From Eledone cirrhosa (lineage: Eukaryota), in NCBI GenBank assembly GCA_964016885.1, contig OZ024743.1, forward strand, positions 246,698,001-246,762,000: a stretch of 64,000 nt of DNA, read 5' to 3'. The translations under genes and the position numbers were made by a program. Below, in pieces: positions 63,001 to 64,000 of the stretch; within the stretch, counting starts at the first letter, position 1; every line of letters starts with the position of its first letter. The notes under the pieces were generated by a model, which was not told the DNA's origin, searched no databases, and saw nothing but the letters and a program-made list of their open reading frames with translations.

Positions 63001-64000
63001 TCAATTAAGGTAGTTAGACTGTCTCTGTCAGTGTGATAGTTAGATTGTCTGTCAGTTGTGCTACTTAGACTCTCTCTGTCAGTTGTGGTAGTTAGACTGT
63101 CTCTGTCAGTTGTGGTAGTTAGACTGCTGTCGTGTTAGACTGTCTCTGTCAGTTGTGATAGTTAGGCTGTCTCTGTGAGTTGTGGTAGTTAGACTGTCTC
63201 TGTGAGTTGTGGTAGTTAGACTGTATCTGTCATTTGTGATAGACTAGTTGTGAAAGTTAGACCAGCTCTGTCAGTTGTGATAGCTTGACGGGCTCCCAAA
63301 GTTGATAGTATGACATGCTGTCAGCCTTGATAGTTAGGCTGGCTACATCAGTTATAATAGTTAGACTGGCTTTGTAAATTGTGAGAGTTAGACACACTCT
63401 GTCAGTTGTGACAGTTAGACACACTCTGTCAGTTGTGATAGTTAGACTAGCTATGTCAGTTGTGGTAGTTAGACTGTCTCTCTCAATTGTAATAGACTGT
63501 CAGTCAATTGTGATAGTTAGACTGTCTCTGTCAGTTGTGATAGTTAGACTGTCTCTGTCAGTTGTGATAGTTAGACTGTCTCTGTCAGTTGTGACAGTTA
63601 GACTATCTGTCAGTTGTGATAGTTAGACTGTCTCTGTCAATTTTAGTAGTTAGGCTGGCTCTGTCATTTGTGGCCGTTGGACTGTTTCTGTCATTTGTGG
63701 TCGTTAGACTGTCTCTGTCAGTTGTGGTAGTTAGAATGTCTCTGTCAGTTGTGGTAGTTAGAATGTCAGTCAGTTGTGATAGACAGACTATCTGTCAATT
63801 GTGGTAGCTAGACTGTCTCTGTCAGTTGTCGTAGTTAGACTGTCTCTGTCAGTTGTGACAGTTAGACTGTCTATGTAAGTTGTCATAGTTAGACTCTCTC
63901 TGTGTCAGTTGTGGTAGTTAGACTGTCAGTCAGTTGTGATAGACTAACTGTCAGTTGTGATAGTTAGACTGTTTCTGCCAGTTGTGGTAGACTGTCTCTG
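45004..64000. repeat. Satellite array, 27-bp monomer GTCAGTTGTGATAGTTAGACTGTCTCT with higher-order repeats
   Basis: Hundreds of tandem monomers with 25-, 23- and 21-bp deletion variants. Repeated ORF-track entries give offsets of 2007 bp and ~3.9-4.0 kb. The array runs off the window end. Confidence 0.97.

Noticed and set aside
45391-63807. Dozens of Val/Leu/Ser/Arg-rich ORFs
   Set aside because: These are translations of the 27-bp satellite, constantly broken by 2- and 4-nt indel variants.
45004-64000. CRISPR-like array or telomeric repeat
   Set aside because: Monomers are contiguous with no unique spacers, there are no cas genes and the context is eukaryotic. TTAGAC is not arranged as a TTAGGG-type telomeric tract.

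Overview
AT-rich, repeat-dense animal genomic DNA. The SINE, RTE and microsatellite content suggests a coleoid cephalopod such as Octopus, but that is an inference. The only host gene I can support is one large minus-strand exon (37479-39214) encoding the N-terminal ~574 aa of the cohesin release factor WAPL. No other WAPL exon was recognised, so most of the window is probably intronic. The rest comprises several RTE-clade LINE copies whose ORF carries a PHD-type C4HC3 finger inserted just after the RT core (two copies form a ~2.5 kb tail-to-tail inverted repeat), a non-autonomous Helitron, scrambled Penelope-like (PLE) fragments, a Tc1/mariner relic, piggyBac-type and Tc/pogo-type MITEs, SINEs, and a >19 kb array of a 27-bp satellite with ~2 kb and ~4 kb higher-order repeats (45004 to the window end). 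The least expected signal is a set of type I minimal hammerhead ribozyme motifs in small non-coding elements, two of them ending in fold-backs. Two motifs (6068-6216 and 42488-42621) have a ~100-nt stem II region whose arms differ in sequence yet pair in both copies. Another is present as a perfect inverted pair (41927-42281). Three motifs lie on the WAPL sense strand.
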